Shown here piece by piece: positions 1 to 12,825 of a DNA stretch of 64,000 nt. This DNA is from Lepidodermella squamata (lineage: Eukaryota; Animalia; Gastrotricha). Location of the stretch: positions 2,108,001-2,172,000 of the forward strand of contig JBLDXI010000017.1 in assembly GCA_047495785.1 (NCBI GenBank), given 5' to 3'. A program made the position numbers and the translations under genes. The notes below the pieces were generated by a model. The model searched no databases and was not told the origin of the DNA. It was given only the letters and a program-made list of their open reading frames with translations. Numbering within the stretch: position 1 is the stretch's first letter; each line of letters begins with the position of its first letter.

Positions 1-376
1 GCGCAATCACCAGTAAATATCGCATCATTTTTGCCAGCAATCTCGGAAAATGAGCGGCAGTGCGCCAGAACTGTGGCGCGCTAAGGAGGTTTCCGGTGGT
101 AATAAAACCTTTTTTATTACACGCACGTTGTTTTATTACCTTTTTGATTTGTGGGGCGCACTCGCTCATTTGACAGGTTCAGCAAACGTGCGGGTACCAA
201 GCGCGTATTGATCGAAGAGGATATAAAACAGAATACTTCCACATGATAAAATTTATTTCAGACAATATTTACAAGCGTGTCAAATCGGCTACTTTTGATG
301 TTTCGGGTGCGACGAATGATTTTCATGCATTCACAATTTATTAAGCTAGGTTGATGACGTAAAGGGTGAAAAGCGA

Positions 377-1252
377 TTAAAAGCTGAAAAAGTGGTGGCT
401 GATGACATCCTTTTGGCGAGAGCACAGCTGGCAGGTCTCACGACACCACCAATGCATGCCGTCCTTGAGGTTAGGCGGCAAGTTGTACGTAGCGATCGCG
501 TCAGCGTTGTTGGGCGTAACGATATCTTGGCAATGCTTGTATTCCGTTCCGTCCGAACGCGTCGACGTAGCAGCAACGAACTCAGTTGTCTTCAATTCGT
601 CCTTCCACTTCTCACAAATCGTCGAATTAGAGGCCTCGTCGACGTATTCGTCCTGCGCAGCATCCTCCGCATTTTCGCACACTAAACATAAAATTATGTT
701 TGAAAACAATTCCACTATTATTTAGTTATTACCGAACAAATGCTCCAAAACCGCATTGACTTCCAGCCACCTGTCGATATCAACATCAACAGAGTGTTGA
801 GCGACTTTCCCGATGAGCGAGCTATCGGTGATTCGGTTATTTACTGAAGAAAATAGGGAATATAAAAATATTGCACGTTTTATTGGGAATAAATTACGAA
901 ATTTCTCCGAATCGCTGATGACGCTAGCTGGAACTTTCGGGTTTTTATGAAGATCGCAATTGAAGCAAGTTTTAGGGCAGTTGTGCCACAAGTTCTCCAA
1001 CAACTTGAAAACAATGGTTTTTTTCTCCGAGGATGAGCTCATCGAACGGTAGAAACCATCGCAGCCGCGCCGCTCGCTCGTCGTACTCTCCAAATATCGG
1101 CACCAATCCGCTGCAATAGCATTATCTTCGCACGTATTGCCTGCTGCCGGCTTCTCTTCCTTCGCAGCGCCTTCGATCTCTACTTCTTGAGAGAAAATCG
1201 AAGTCAGACCAGAAATGAGGATGAGACACCACAGACCACACAGTCGCGGCAT
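377..1252 (-). CDS. Secreted protein with two ShK-like cysteine modules (about 3 exons; 3' end uncertain)
   Basis: Signal peptide MPRLCGLWCLILISGLTSIFS. Modules CEDN..WC..GC..WHNCPKTCFNC and CEN..IC..HC..HWWCRETCQLC end in the ShK-type C-x3-C-x2-C. Short GT-AG introns near 897-844 and 731-683. Confidence 0.6.
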
Positions 1253-2601
1253 CGTGTTGTAGTTTTCCTGAATACCAACCCAAGGCGAAAGAAAATGAGG
1301 GAGCGAATAATATACGCTGCTGCGCGGGCCAAATATTCGCGTTAATGGCCTGGCTTTTTCGCCGAAGAGGAATGTTTTATGGCTGCGCGCGGCAGCATCG
1401 CAACTCCGTGCGCTTCCCGATCGCGGCCAACATTTTTATTGCCTCGGGTGCTCGCTACATTTGACAGGCGCGGATATAATTAACCGCAAATGTCAAGTGA
1501 GTAAGCTCATAAAAAATCTACCGATTCTACATCATAAGAACAGTCAATGTGTATGCAATTTCAAAGGTGCCGATGTTGATGCGAAAATAACGATAATAAT
1601 AATAAGAAAAATAATTATTAGTTACCATAGCGTAAATTATTGAAAACAGAATCCAAGAAACTGACGGCTTTGTAGTTTTTCGCAATTTTGGGTGTTTTTG
1701 GAAACATAAGACTCACAGTACATGAAAATTAGAAGGCCGTGTAAAATTATACTAATTTGGTATAATATATTCACGTTTCCCGGTAAATATAATACTCATG
1801 AGGCGCGGTTACCACTGTTAAATTTCACCCTTGATAATATGTTGATTGTTTGTTTTCAGACTATTTGCCGCTGAGCACCCAAACTATCATCCGGGCTTGA
1901 ATAAATAGGTTGTTGATGGAAGGTGCGCACTTTGTGCACTGTTTTTTTTTTGCTAGCTTGGATCATCAGTCCATGAATATGATTACAAAGTACGAATTCA
2001 ACACTATGAATTTAGGAAAGCTAGTCTATTCGTCCCGGTACCTCATATCACGTAGTAATGTAAAATAGTTTCAAATACGTTTTTTAAAGCTCCAACAGCA
2101 TATGGCGTCTTTATAGCAAGCGACTTTACAGCAAGCTTCCACACTTTCGCGGGCGCCTTCACCGTGAACCGCGAACATGGGCGCGTGCGACGAAATTGTA
2201 TCGCCAGCCATTTGGCACCATGCAGGGTGGCCAAAAAATTCCGCAGAAGGCGGTTTCACCTAAAACAGGTCAGCTTAGACTTTGAAACTGCTATCGCCTG
2301 TTTCCGCTAGATATTATTTACCTCACAAATTAGCAACCATAACATTTATTATGAGTTTCATTAATACTCACACTCGTAAGGACTCGTAATTACCATGTTA
2401 CTGACGATAACATTAACATGCTCGAAATTGAAATTTCCTGCGCCTTCATGAGACGTACGAGGACGCGGCGGCTTCGAATCTTCTGTTATGAGCTGCGTAA
2501 ATCACGTTGAATTTCCTCAAAATTTCCTTAAATCACGTTACGTTCTCAGCAACCGCAAATCGCACAGATGCCGTTTTTGATGTACCGATAGTGTTCGTAT
2601 A

Positions 2602-2787
2602 CCGTATTTGTTCCTATAGCAGCCTGGGCTACTAAAATGTCAGCCTCGAAATTGTGAAAAGTTCGTATATTATTTTTGGTGAATCGTTCACTTTTAATGT
2701 TTTCGAACCGACTTGACCCCTTAACCCTGGGCTGCTAATAGGGATGGGCGATTATTAGTGAATGGGCTGCTATTGGAACAAATACGG
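2602..2787. mobile_element. Tc1/mariner-superfamily-type MITE
   Basis: TIRs CCGTATTTGTTCCtATAGCAGCC and GGCTGCTATtGGAACAAATACGG, flanked by TA on both sides. Non-coding, 186 bp. Confidence 0.75.
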
Positions 2788-3484
2788 TAATTAGGTATGC
2801 CAAATTTCGTTATAACATCATTTGTTGTTGTTCAGACCGGCCCGCAGTATGTTAGCTGTTGTCTGTTGCTTTTCTGCGATGTTCTTGGTGTCTGCAATGT
2901 TTTAGGCAGGGAAAGATAAAGACGACGTTGACGCTCCTGGAATTAAAAAAATGCTTCCAAAAAATCGAAGCCGCGCGGGTCGTTGATAAACTCGCAACAT
3001 AGACGGGTGGCGACATCCGCTGCCGTAGCTGCGAAAGAAACGGATCGACCGGATTGCTGTTGAAACCATTAGTTAGGAAAGTTTAAGCCCAAGTTGAGGC
3101 ATCGGCGGATGCAGATGATAATCTTTTCGCATTTGAGTATCGCTTTTCGAACGCATTTGACGTTTGGCGGCATAAACTACGTCGTAGATCAGTTTGACGC
3201 AATATGATTTGAGGAAATTTTCAAGCCACTGGTTGTTGCTGTCGCCGTCAAACGTAGAGCGTCGAACCGATACTAGCCACCCGTTTCTCTAGTTCGACGA
3301 TAGTGTCGCGAATTAGGCCCGGTTCGGGGGGGTTAAGCGGAAATCTCCACAGAATAGAGAAATTCTGAGGGGTTTTTGTGATTTTGGAAAATTGAAAAAT
3401 TGGCGAATTTGGAGAAAATCACCAAGTCACACCGCTCACACAGACCGGGTAAAAAAAGTACGTAGTTTTTCCTCACGTCATCTG

Positions 3485-3651
3485 CAGGGCTGGATCATCA
3501 ATTAGGCAAGTAAGGCAGTTGCCTGATGAAATGTTGGCAGATCAGATAAAAATCCACAGGTTGGACCCTTGCCATCAAGGGCCCGCTTGGGCCAGATCTG
3601 CATTTGGCCTTAGGGCCACTGGTCATTTTCGTGTGTCATGATCCGGCCCTG
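3485..3651. mobile_element. hAT-type MITE
   Basis: TIRs CAGGGCtGGATCAT and ATGATCCgGCCCTG. Flanking 8-mers gtcatctg and gtcatttg match at 7/8, consistent with an 8-bp TSD. Confidence 0.7.
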
Positions 3652-4207
3652 GTCATTTGATTGAGCATCGAAGTTTCGATTAGCGTTCGCGCCCTGGGTA
3701 CCCTGACCCAGCCCTATAGTCGATCGTGGCGAAAGCCGTATTCGCAAAATTTTTTTCAATAAAACATGCGGCAATTCAAATTTTCAAGTTAGCATTTTAA
3801 ATAATGATAAATTATTTAAATGTACAATTGTTTGCAATATTAATTTTTTATTATGTTAAGTTCTTGGGATCGTTTAAATTTACGCGCGCAGAAAATGCGA
3901 AGCACGTGGTGGGCGAAGAGAGAAGATTAACGGGCTATCGCTATCGCACTGAATGACTCAAACCACGCCACCCTGTATGGTCCACACCAAGATAAGGACT
4001 GAAAATGGAATTTGACCTGGTCCCTATCTTTGCCTCATAGCAGCTTCCAATTTTTAGCATGCATACCTAAATATCAGATAACTGCGGTTTCACCCACGCG
4101 AATTCTCTTTCCCTCCCGTTATTGTTTGTTTGTTGATCTAGCTCTGAATTGCTCAATGTATTCACTTCCTAGCTTTATTTGAACACTATCTTTGATTTGT
4201 GTCAAGT

Positions 4208-5318
4208 ATGTTGGATAAAGCGAAGCAGAGAAAATGCGGTATTGTTGGTGTTGCGATTCAATCAGGCCAAACCAAGTTTGGCCCTCAAATGGCTCCTGAG
4301 GCATTCCGTAAAGCTGGTCTTATTGAACGCCTACAAACAATTGGTAATTTATAGTTTTCTATGATATATTCAGTATTGTGCTCAACTTCTTCTTTCTGAA
4401 AGGGCACGAAGTAATTGACTATGGTGACGTGTTTGATGTGGTCACGGAGGAAGACAAGCCTTGGTATCAGGCAAAAAATCCAAAAACCGTTGGAGCAACC
4501 ACAAAAGCTGCATCAAATCTCGTCTTACGGGCTATGGAAGAAAATAATTTGGTCATAAATCTCGGTGGTGATCATGCTATGGCATTGGGAACGTTTCAAG
4601 CTCATCTCAAGAAGAATCCTGATGCCTGTCTATTATGGGTGGATGCTCACGCAGATTTGAACATGCCTTTCACCACACCATCGGGTAATATGCACGGAAT
4701 GCCAGTTGCTTTGCACGTCCGAGAATTGGCCGAAACCGTGTGGATGCCCGAATACTTTGATTGGTTCACTCACCGCACGCATTCCAAAAATGTGGCATAT
4801 CTGGCTCTTCGAGACTTGGATGATGATGAAAGGCGCATAATCAAGCATTTGGGCATTCCTGCCCAGAGTATGCATGATATTGATAAACATGGCATCGCTC
4901 ATTGCCTTAAGAAGTGTCTCGATGTAATTAATCCTGATATGGAAAAGAGCATTCATTTGAGCTTCGATATTGACGCTATCGATCCCACTTTTTGTCCGAG
5001 TACTGGTACACCAGGTAACAATTATTCTAAGCTTTATTACTTGTGATTACATTTATAATTGTTATAGTTCCTGGTGGTCTGTCGATTCGTGAAGGCTTGT
5101 ATATTTGCGAAGAGCTGTATCGAACTGGTATGCTCCGCAGCGTCGATTTGGCGGAGGTTAATCCGACTATTGGTTCTCAAGACGATATCAATCGGACACT
5201 GCATACGGCCATGCTCCTACTAGAAACATGCGCTGGTGATGTGCGTGACTTATCAGTTACTCCTCAGCATTGGCTGAGCAAAGTACAGCCTTCTCCCTTG
5301 AAATCCGCAGGATGGTAA
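4208..5318 (+). CDS. ARG: Arginase, paralog 1 (exons 4208-4343, 4403-5014, 5068-5318)
   Basis: Motifs LGGDH, DAHADLN, SGNMHGMP, SFDIDAIDP and EVNP. Two GT-AG introns restore the frame. Confidence 0.95.
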
Positions 5319-6377
5319 AGCTCATACACTTTGACTGATACCTCTAGTAGCTGATATGTGTAGAATATTAAGCTCTTTTACTCCTCATCCGTGCTAACAT
5401 ATACTGAAGGCGAAGATACTGAAATTAAAAGTCTATTCGCAAACGAATGGTTGTTTTTCACCTGAAAAGCTCATAATTATATCCCAATATTTTGAAGGCA
5501 TTGAAATAATGTGCTCATGTTATTTCTGCGTTGTAATATTTTTTCTTTAATAACTTCAAGAGATGAGCTCTTGTTGCTTATTGCTTGATCATCTATGTAT
5601 TAAGAGCTTGTTTGATCGAGATTTTTCATTGAAAGGTGCGACCGATACCTGTGTGCAAATTGAAAGGAGAGCGGCGGCCTATGTTGAGTTAAATTCGCAT
5701 TCGATCTGTTTCTTTTTGCTAATAAAGAGATCAACATCGTAATGTAAATAAATGTGGTTTCATGTAAGCTCGAAAGATATTTAAAATGATAAAGGCTGCT
5801 TAGCTACTGATCGAGTTTTGGCTCTCTGCCGAATTGAGTCCTGCCCCTGGGAATAATGATTAATGCGGGTAGCTTCGAAAACAGCCTCCACACCCGCTAC
5901 CGATGTTGAAAATACCAGGCAGCCACACCAGCTAAAAAGTCTGCGTTTATTTGTATTAGCGAGAATTTTCCATTTTTTTGTTAACGAATACCTAATACCT
6001 TCATGCTGCGTGTTGGCTTGTTTGCCCACAAGTTTTTTTGCTTATCTCTTCGCCTGATAAATTCCGACCTACGCAGACGGTGTGGCTATAGCTATTAAAC
6101 TTTACGGAGATCAAACAATGCGGCGGCGAAAAAAAACTAGCTGAAAACCCATGACTCAACCACCGTCAGCAGTGTAATCGGAAAATTATACGTGAATAAA
6201 CGGCGTCACGAAACGCCGTTTGTGTCTACAATAAACAGGCCGATGGCTTGCCAACTCGCAGCTGTTATAAAGACCGGCAGAGTAGGTCGAATTTTATATC
6301 TTGAAACAACATATCGAGCTCACGTTTTTTATTCTTGCTGAAATTGCATCTAAACCACTACCTATTTTCCTGTTAAA

Positions 6378-7481
6378 ATGAAAACAGAAAATTTGCGAGG
6401 TCGCAAATGCGGAGTTGTTGGCGTCGCAGTCCGCCGAGGCCAAACTAAGAACGGCCCCCAGCTAGCCCCGGAAGCTTTCCGCAAGGCTGGCTTCATTGAT
6501 AGATTGAGGCATCTCGGTCACGACGTCAGCGATTACGGGGATTTGTTCGATGTTGAAGTTCCGCAAAACGAGACCGAGCAGCGTTGGTTCCATGCTAAAC
6601 ACCCTGTTAGCGTTGGCACCACCCAGAAAATGGTCTCCCAAGCTGTAATGAAGTCAATGCAGTCCAATGACTTGACGATTAGCTTGGGCGGCGACCATTC
6701 GATGGCTCTCGGAACGTTTCAAGCTCACTTGAAATCCAACCCTGACAATTGCTGCCTGATCTGGGTCGACGCTCATGCCGATCTCAACCTACCCTTCACC
6801 ACACCATCTGGAAATATGCACGGTATGCCTGTTGGTCTCCATATTCGCGAGCTGGTAAGAAATGAAATAATTGTTCTCATCCCAATATTAAGCTGGATTT
6901 TTTTAAAGGCTGAAGCGATTGAGATGCCGGAATATTTCCAATGGTTTGACAAAAAGATCTCGGCGAAGAACGTCGCGTATCTCGCTCTTCGAGACGTCGA
7001 CGACGATGAGCGAAGAATAATCAAGCATTTGAAAATCCCAGCCTACAGCATGCACGACATTGACAAATACGGCATTGCCTTTTGCTTGAAGAAGTGTCTG
7101 GAAGCTATCAATCCTAACATGGATAAAACCATCCATTTGAGCTTTGACATTGACGCAATCGACCCGGCCGAGTGCCCGAGCACTGGCACCCCAGTCCCCG
7201 GCGGTTTGTCGATCCGCGAGGGTCTGTACATTTGCGAGGAGCTGCACAACACTGGCCTGTTGAAGACGGTTGACCTTGCTGAAGTCAACCCGACTATTGG
7301 CTCGAAAGACGATGTCGACAAAACCCTGCAGGTAGCAATGCTGCTTCTTGAAACATGCGCTGGGGATGTTCGTGATCTGTCCGTCACACCCCAACACTGG
7401 CTTAGCAAAATTGACCGCCCGAATTTCGCCACGCCGATGACCCTTTACAACTCAGAGAAAATCCTTTCCCATGCCCCTTAG
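6378..7481 (+). CDS. ARG: Arginase, paralog 2 (one in-frame 54-nt intron, 6855-6908)
   Basis: Same Mn-binding motifs as paralog 1. The gtaaga...tttaaag insert is absent from paralog 1. AATAAA at ~7546. Confidence 0.95.
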   Translation: MKTENLRGRKCGVVGVAVRRGQTKNGPQLAPEAFRKAGFIDRLRHLGHDVSDYGDLFDVEVPQNETEQRWFHAKHPVSVGTTQKMVSQAVMKSMQSNDLTISLGGDHSMALGTFQAHLKSNPDNCCLIWVDAHADLNLPFTTPSGNMHGMPVGLHIRELVRNEIIVLIPILSWIFLKAEAIEMPEYFQWFDKKISAKNVAYLALRDVDDDERRIIKHLKIPAYSMHDIDKYGIAFCLKKCLEAINPNMDKTIHLSFDIDAIDPAECPSTGTPVPGGLSIREGLYICEELHNTGLLKTVDLAEVNPTIGSKDDVDKTLQVAMLLLETCAGDVRDLSVTPQHWLSKIDRPNFATPMTLYNSEKILSHAP

Positions 7482-9579
7482 AATAATATCTCACAGAAAA
7501 ATGATATCACCGGGCAGCACATATATGACACATTCACTGAAATTGAATAAAATCGGTAACTCTCTCGAAAATGTGACTTTTAACATGCGGTCGTATAACG
7601 CGACCAGCCTCCTTGATAGCATCAAGCGTTTTGTTTCAACGTCAGACTAGTGAACAAACGATTTGGCAAGCCAGTTTCCAGAGAAAGACCAGATCTGCGG
7701 GCAGTTCAAGGGCTATAATTTCATCCGTTTAACCATATCGACCAGGCGAGTCGGTTCATCGGGCAACAGTCGGCGCAGTTGAGTTCGTTCACCGCAGTGC
7801 GTGCCGATTTTTGCGAGCCTAATTTCGGCGCAAGTGCCTCCGCGACTGCGTACAAAATTGTTCTCTTGCACGCAATTTGCGGATCTGTCGTGTCAAGCAG
7901 CCTCCAGCTATGCAAATAAACAGAAAATAAAACTTATTTTTACATTCATGATATCTAGAAAATTGAGCCAACAGTGCGAAAATACCCGAGTGACAAATGT
8001 AACAGGAAACTGGAAACCGAAAACTGGAAGATACAGCCCTAATTCTTGTCTGTCCAACAACTTATCAACATGTTTCGGAGTCAATCCTTAGAATTAGGAA
8101 TGAGGTACCTAAAAGAGAAGGGTTTGTCGCCAAAAGTCGCTTCCATTTGTATTCTACAATGTGGGTTGAAGCTACTACTACTACCAATTTGAGTATTATG
8201 TGATATACTTAGCCTAACAAATTTCAATTTGATTTTACGACGCTTGAAATCTCAAAAGCCATCCTGGTCTTTCCCGAGATTAGGATAGATTGTTTATAAT
8301 TGGAAGGGTCCCCCACAGAGCTGCAGGCCTCCAAAGCAGGGTACACGCACTAAACAGTCCTCCCAGCAGGCGCTCAGGCTTAGCCTCTGATTTTCAACCA
8401 ATGGACTAACATGATGGTCAGCTATTCTAGCTTTTCACACCAAAAATTGAGGAGCATAAGTTATGAAAACTCCGTAATGTAGCTCAGACCTCAATTTGGT
8501 CGAAAAAGTCGTTTTTCGAACATTTTCCAAAATTCATAAGCCGGGCTCTTAAAGTTATGATGAGCCCATATTCAGAAAATTATGCAGAATTTTATCGTAA
8601 TTAATTCCATTTATTGTTGCGCGGCGTTTGCACCGCTTTTTGAGTTTATCCTGCTTTGAAGCCTGCTGCTCTGTGGGGGACCCAATTGGAATGGTGGTTC
8701 GATTCTTAACACAACTACCCCAATTTCGGCCGAAATAGCCGATATCACGAACGAAGCGAGCTTAGCTGAGGTATTTTCACGAATAAACGTGATGATGGTC
8801 CCAGAATCAATCAAGTTTTGATTAAATATAAGTTTCCGAACCAGGTTATGCCACGGTCTCTGCCAGTGGAGACTGTCCTTATTGGGGGTTAACCATATGT
8901 GCATCGAGGCGTGACCAACCTCCCATCAAATTTTGGCATGCATAGGGTGAATACCCATTATTAGCCACCCTGAAACCCGAAATTACCCGAAGTCGATAAT
9001 GTCAGGAACCATAACCGATGGACGGGTTAACATTTGCAGGTGCGTGGAACCCTTTTAGAGGCATTTGCCCTCAAAAAATTAACTTGCCAGGATTGAAATT
9101 GGCTGAAATTCTAAGTTTTCATTCGAATATAAGTACGAGCAGAGTCACTCTTTTATTAATTCAACCAATTAGCGCAGTCGGGCTCGCGCGCGCAAAGTGA
9201 GCCAGAGCACGGCGGGACAATGCGCGCTTCTATTGTTCTTGGTTTGTTTGAGCCGAAGCCCAATACGAGGAGTTGGAGCTCGGCGTGGAAAACGAGTGTA
9301 GTCACGTCTATAGTTCAGGTCGACCTGGATGCGTTGCGGCTGCCTTCGGACTTCAGTCATAAAACAGATCATGAAATCGCATATTCACCTACCAATTTCC
9401 AGCCTGAATTACCGCCACCACCTATGGATGAATACCCAATTGAATGAAATAATGTGATAACATTTCTTGTTTAAAAGATGGCTCGAAAAATCACATTAGG
9501 TATATTGTGTAAAAAATAACGGCGCATTAACAAGAATAAAATTTATTCCATGTTTCATCGTAACCCGAGGTATTTTTGC

Positions 9580-10310
9580 TCATATCGGATAAGCAGAGCC
9601 AATTTGTGTCGCCATAACAGCATTGTCAACAACAATCGCATGATTGGGTGGGTATAGATCATGGTTTTTCATAACTTCGATGTACGCTGGCGGTGGCTGA
9701 ATGTCACCCATTGTTGGACTTGGCGAGAACATTCCTAATTCTGAAATGTACGACAATTCACCAAGCTGAGGGTCATTGTAATATATCTCTTACCCGTATT
9801 GTGAGCATAGGCTTGATTGTCTATGCTAACCCCAGCAGATGAGCGATGCGGCATTGAGCAGTACAAGTTGGGTCTCCGGTATCGACGATGAGCCGCATAG
9901 ATTGAATTAGGGTGCAGATCTCGACTCGGGGCGAAACAACAGATTTGACAGCACGCCGCCGCAATTAGCGCAATCACGGCCATCGTGACCAGAAGACCGA
10001 TGACACAGCCCGAAATAATAATAGCACTGTACGATACCCATAAATCCATTGTTTTGTTCGCGGGTACAAACCAGCTATATGCGCACACCTTGTAAACAAA
10101 TCATTGGAATAAAAACGCGCTGATTAAATGCAGGCGAGTGAGGCTAATTTCCAAGGACGATGATGAAAGGCGATAAGAACGTTATCAAGATTTAATAAAT
10201 AAAAATGGGAGCAATTTGCACTTGAAACCGTGCCCCTTAATTGCAATAAATCTGCGCTTCGGAAATTGTTATCACCCGTGACGTTTGCCGAATTCCGATA
10301 AGATGCCACC
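9580..10310 (-). CDS. Single-pass membrane protein with juxtamembrane Cys cluster and cytoplasmic PPxY motif (Shisa/WBP1/VOPP1-like); 5' exons uncertain
   Basis: TM AIIISGCVIGLLVTMAVIALIAAA followed by CCQICC. After an intron (~9793-9735), the last exon reads ..IQPPPAYIEV..YPI* and is followed by AATAAA. Confidence 0.55.
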
Positions 10311-10642
10311 TGTTAAGGAGATTCGTTTTCTAGCATGCACTTCAAAAATTATGAAAAGGCCGGAATTCTTCTCAGCATTTCAGCATATGGCCTTGTGACA
10401 TATACAAGTGGCCGTAGTCCACTCATGCGCGTATTGTACCTCGTTAATTATTCATCGATAAACACGGTGATCGAATAAACAGCGGCTTAGACACGTTTTC
10501 ACGAAATTCGAATAACAAAAGCTCGACAACAATTTTATTAGCTCAGAAAAAAAATCGAAACGCTTATAGCTTCACATATTGTTATTGTCGAAAAAATCAG
10601 TGAAAAACAAGCAGCAACAGATCAAATTATATTTTTATATAA

Positions 10643-11602
10643 TCAGTGATTGCTTAACGAGACGCCTGTTAGCGGGTCTTCGATTCGGCGCTCGTGAATG
10701 AACTGACCGCGGAGGGCACTTTCTCTTGGCAGGGTGGCGAGACTTGCGATTATTTCTCCGGCTTCATCAGGTGTCTTGTAACCATTAGGATTCGACTCGG
10801 TTTTAACGGCACCAGGCGAGCAAGAATTGATTAGAATACACGAGTTGGGCTTATCCTTCATATCAGCATCGAGGAAGCGTTGAAAAATTCTAGTGATCAT
10901 ATTGACACCGATCTTCGACAGGCCATAGGGCACTATATCGCCATAAAAGTACCCAGCATCGTCGTATAGCTTTGTCAGCCATCCCGCCTTAACGTAGTGA
11001 GTCGGCGGCAAAGCGAGAAATGAATTTATTATAGACGAAACATCGTCAACGGTTCGGCAGCCGCGAATCGCCTCTTGAACAGCGGGCGTAAATTGGTTGA
11101 AAGCGACGTGAGAAAGCGAGCTAGATACATTAACAACACGAGAATCGCTGCTTAGCAACGGTATCAACATTCGGCAGACTTCCAATGTGCCAAAATAATT
11201 CGTATTGATAATCTGCCGGACTGTTTTGAGATCGTAGGGGAAAATTCGCCCAATCGGCGGTTTCACCTCGGAACAGTCTTCATCTGGGTACAGCGTTTGG
11301 TTCTGCTTCGGAAAAATGCCGGCATTATTCACTAGAATATCGATTCGCTTATGATTTTGACGTAGATGAGTATGGAACGATCGGACTGAGTCGAGGGAAG
11401 AGATGTCGAGCTCGTGAAATGACGGTATAACGTCCAAATCTCGGCTGATGCGCTGAGCAGCCTCAGATCCTCGTTCCGGATTTCGGGCGGTCATGTAAAC
11501 TGTCCATGATGGGTTTCGCCTTAGTAGAGCCTTGACTACGGCTAAACCAATACCGCGATTCGAGCCAGTGACTACAGCAACTTTAGCAGCGGCCGAACTC
11601 AT
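10643..11602 (-). CDS. Carbonyl reductase 1-like short-chain dehydrogenase/reductase (intronless)
   Basis: TGSNRGIG, LVNNAG, NTNYFG, VVNVSS, catalytic YGLSK, INSCSPGAVKT. Confidence 0.9.
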   Translation of the reverse strand: MSSAAAKVAVVTGSNRGIGLAVVKALLRRNPSWTVYMTARNPERGSEAAQRISRDLDVIPSFHELDISSLDSVRSFHTHLRQNHKRIDILVNNAGIFPKQNQTLYPDEDCSEVKPPIGRIFPYDLKTVRQIINTNYFGTLEVCRMLIPLLSSDSRVVNVSSSLSHVAFNQFTPAVQEAIRGCRTVDDVSSIINSFLALPPTHYVKAGWLTKLYDDAGYFYGDIVPYGLSKIGVNMITRIFQRFLDADMKDKPNSCILINSCSPGAVKTESNPNGYKTPDEAGEIIASLATLPRESALRGQFIHERRIEDPLTGVSLSNH

Positions 11603-12275
11603 GAAATTTTAAAACAAGTTGACTTTATTCGTAAAATTACCCGGAATTGAAGCAAACGACAACTGAGTTACTACAGTGGTACGAACAACAGCGGGCTGAT
11701 TATTATTACGCTCGAATTGTTTATTCTTCCCATGCATGTGATGCACATTATGTGCTGTGTGCTGGCTGGCTATTGTAATCGCGTGAAAGTCCACGTGAAA
11801 ATGCCCGCTGCTTTTTTTTCCTATGGACCTTTGATCGCGAGATAGCACTATATTTTTTCATGCACCGGCTTATTTCTTATTTGAACTAGAAAAATGATAT
11901 AAGTAATTTACCTTCTTAGGATCATCTTTACCGACTTCAGCGTACTCAAATTAAGGGTCCAGACACAACCGCTAATGGCAATTAGAGTCTCGTTAGCCGT
12001 AATAAAGCTCATCAGACGGAACGTGTTTACAACAAGATGAAACACGTGATTTAATTAGCTTGGAAAGTCGGGACATTGATGTGATTTTTTTGTTCCTCCT
12101 TAAACTGTGTTAACCACCTTAAAAATTGATGATGTTTATTCGAAGTCTTTTCTAATTTTTTTAAAGTGTAAAAAGTGTAAATGTGAAAGTTTTTGCCGAG
12201 CTTGTATATTGGTGACCAAAAATTGAAGCATAGACGAGAAGAGAGAAGCGGCCTATAATAGGTGAACGCATGAAA

Positions 12276-12825
12276 TCAACTAATTGGACTTTTATTCGTT
12301 TGCAGTTTTCGCCGAAGCCGTCTCGCTTCGATTTGTTGCCAAATGAAAAAAGGTGAATTTTCCTGGCAAATAGGGCGTGATTTGAGCAGTTCCATGCATC
12401 TGGCCAAGTAATTTTCTCTCTCTCGCTGTTGTACGGCATGTAGTAGGCGTCGTAACGCGTGTAGGTCACCCTCTTGTAGTTTATTTCGAACGAAGACATT
12501 CACTGAAATAGAAGGATGGTTAATTGAAAATATACAGATGGGAAATTTGAATCTGAATTTAGAAAATGATTGGCGACCTACATTGAGAATCGTGGGAGTC
12601 TTGTCCTCCTGGTAATTGGTCGTTGGGCGATGGAGCATGGCCTGACCGCAACATCGGGGCAGCTCTATGATCGAGTGACGTCATGATTGATCGCCAATAT
12701 TGGATGTATTTCCGCCTATCGCTTTGCTGGTGTTGTCTCGCGACTACGATTCGAGCGATAACGAACAACAGAAAGGTCGCATAGGCGGACTTTGTTAGTC
12801 CTTTGAATAAGAGTCGAAATTTCAT
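12276..12825 (-). CDS. Small secreted helical protein, tandem family copy A (exons 12825-12582, 12502-12276)
   Basis: Hydrophobic N-terminus and a phase-1 intron. Exon 2: VFVRNKLQEGDLHALRRLLHAVQQRERENYLARCMELLKSRPICQENSPFFIWQQIEARRL. Confidence 0.8.

Noticed and set aside
2849-3130. Signal-peptide-like frame MLAVVCCFSAMFLVSAMF*AGKDKDD...
   Set aside because: Stops and frameshifts, no identifiable homolog. Possibly a pseudogene but unsupported.
8250-9200. Repeat-like DNA as a defined mobile element
   Set aside because: Could not delimit TIRs or TSDs by eye.
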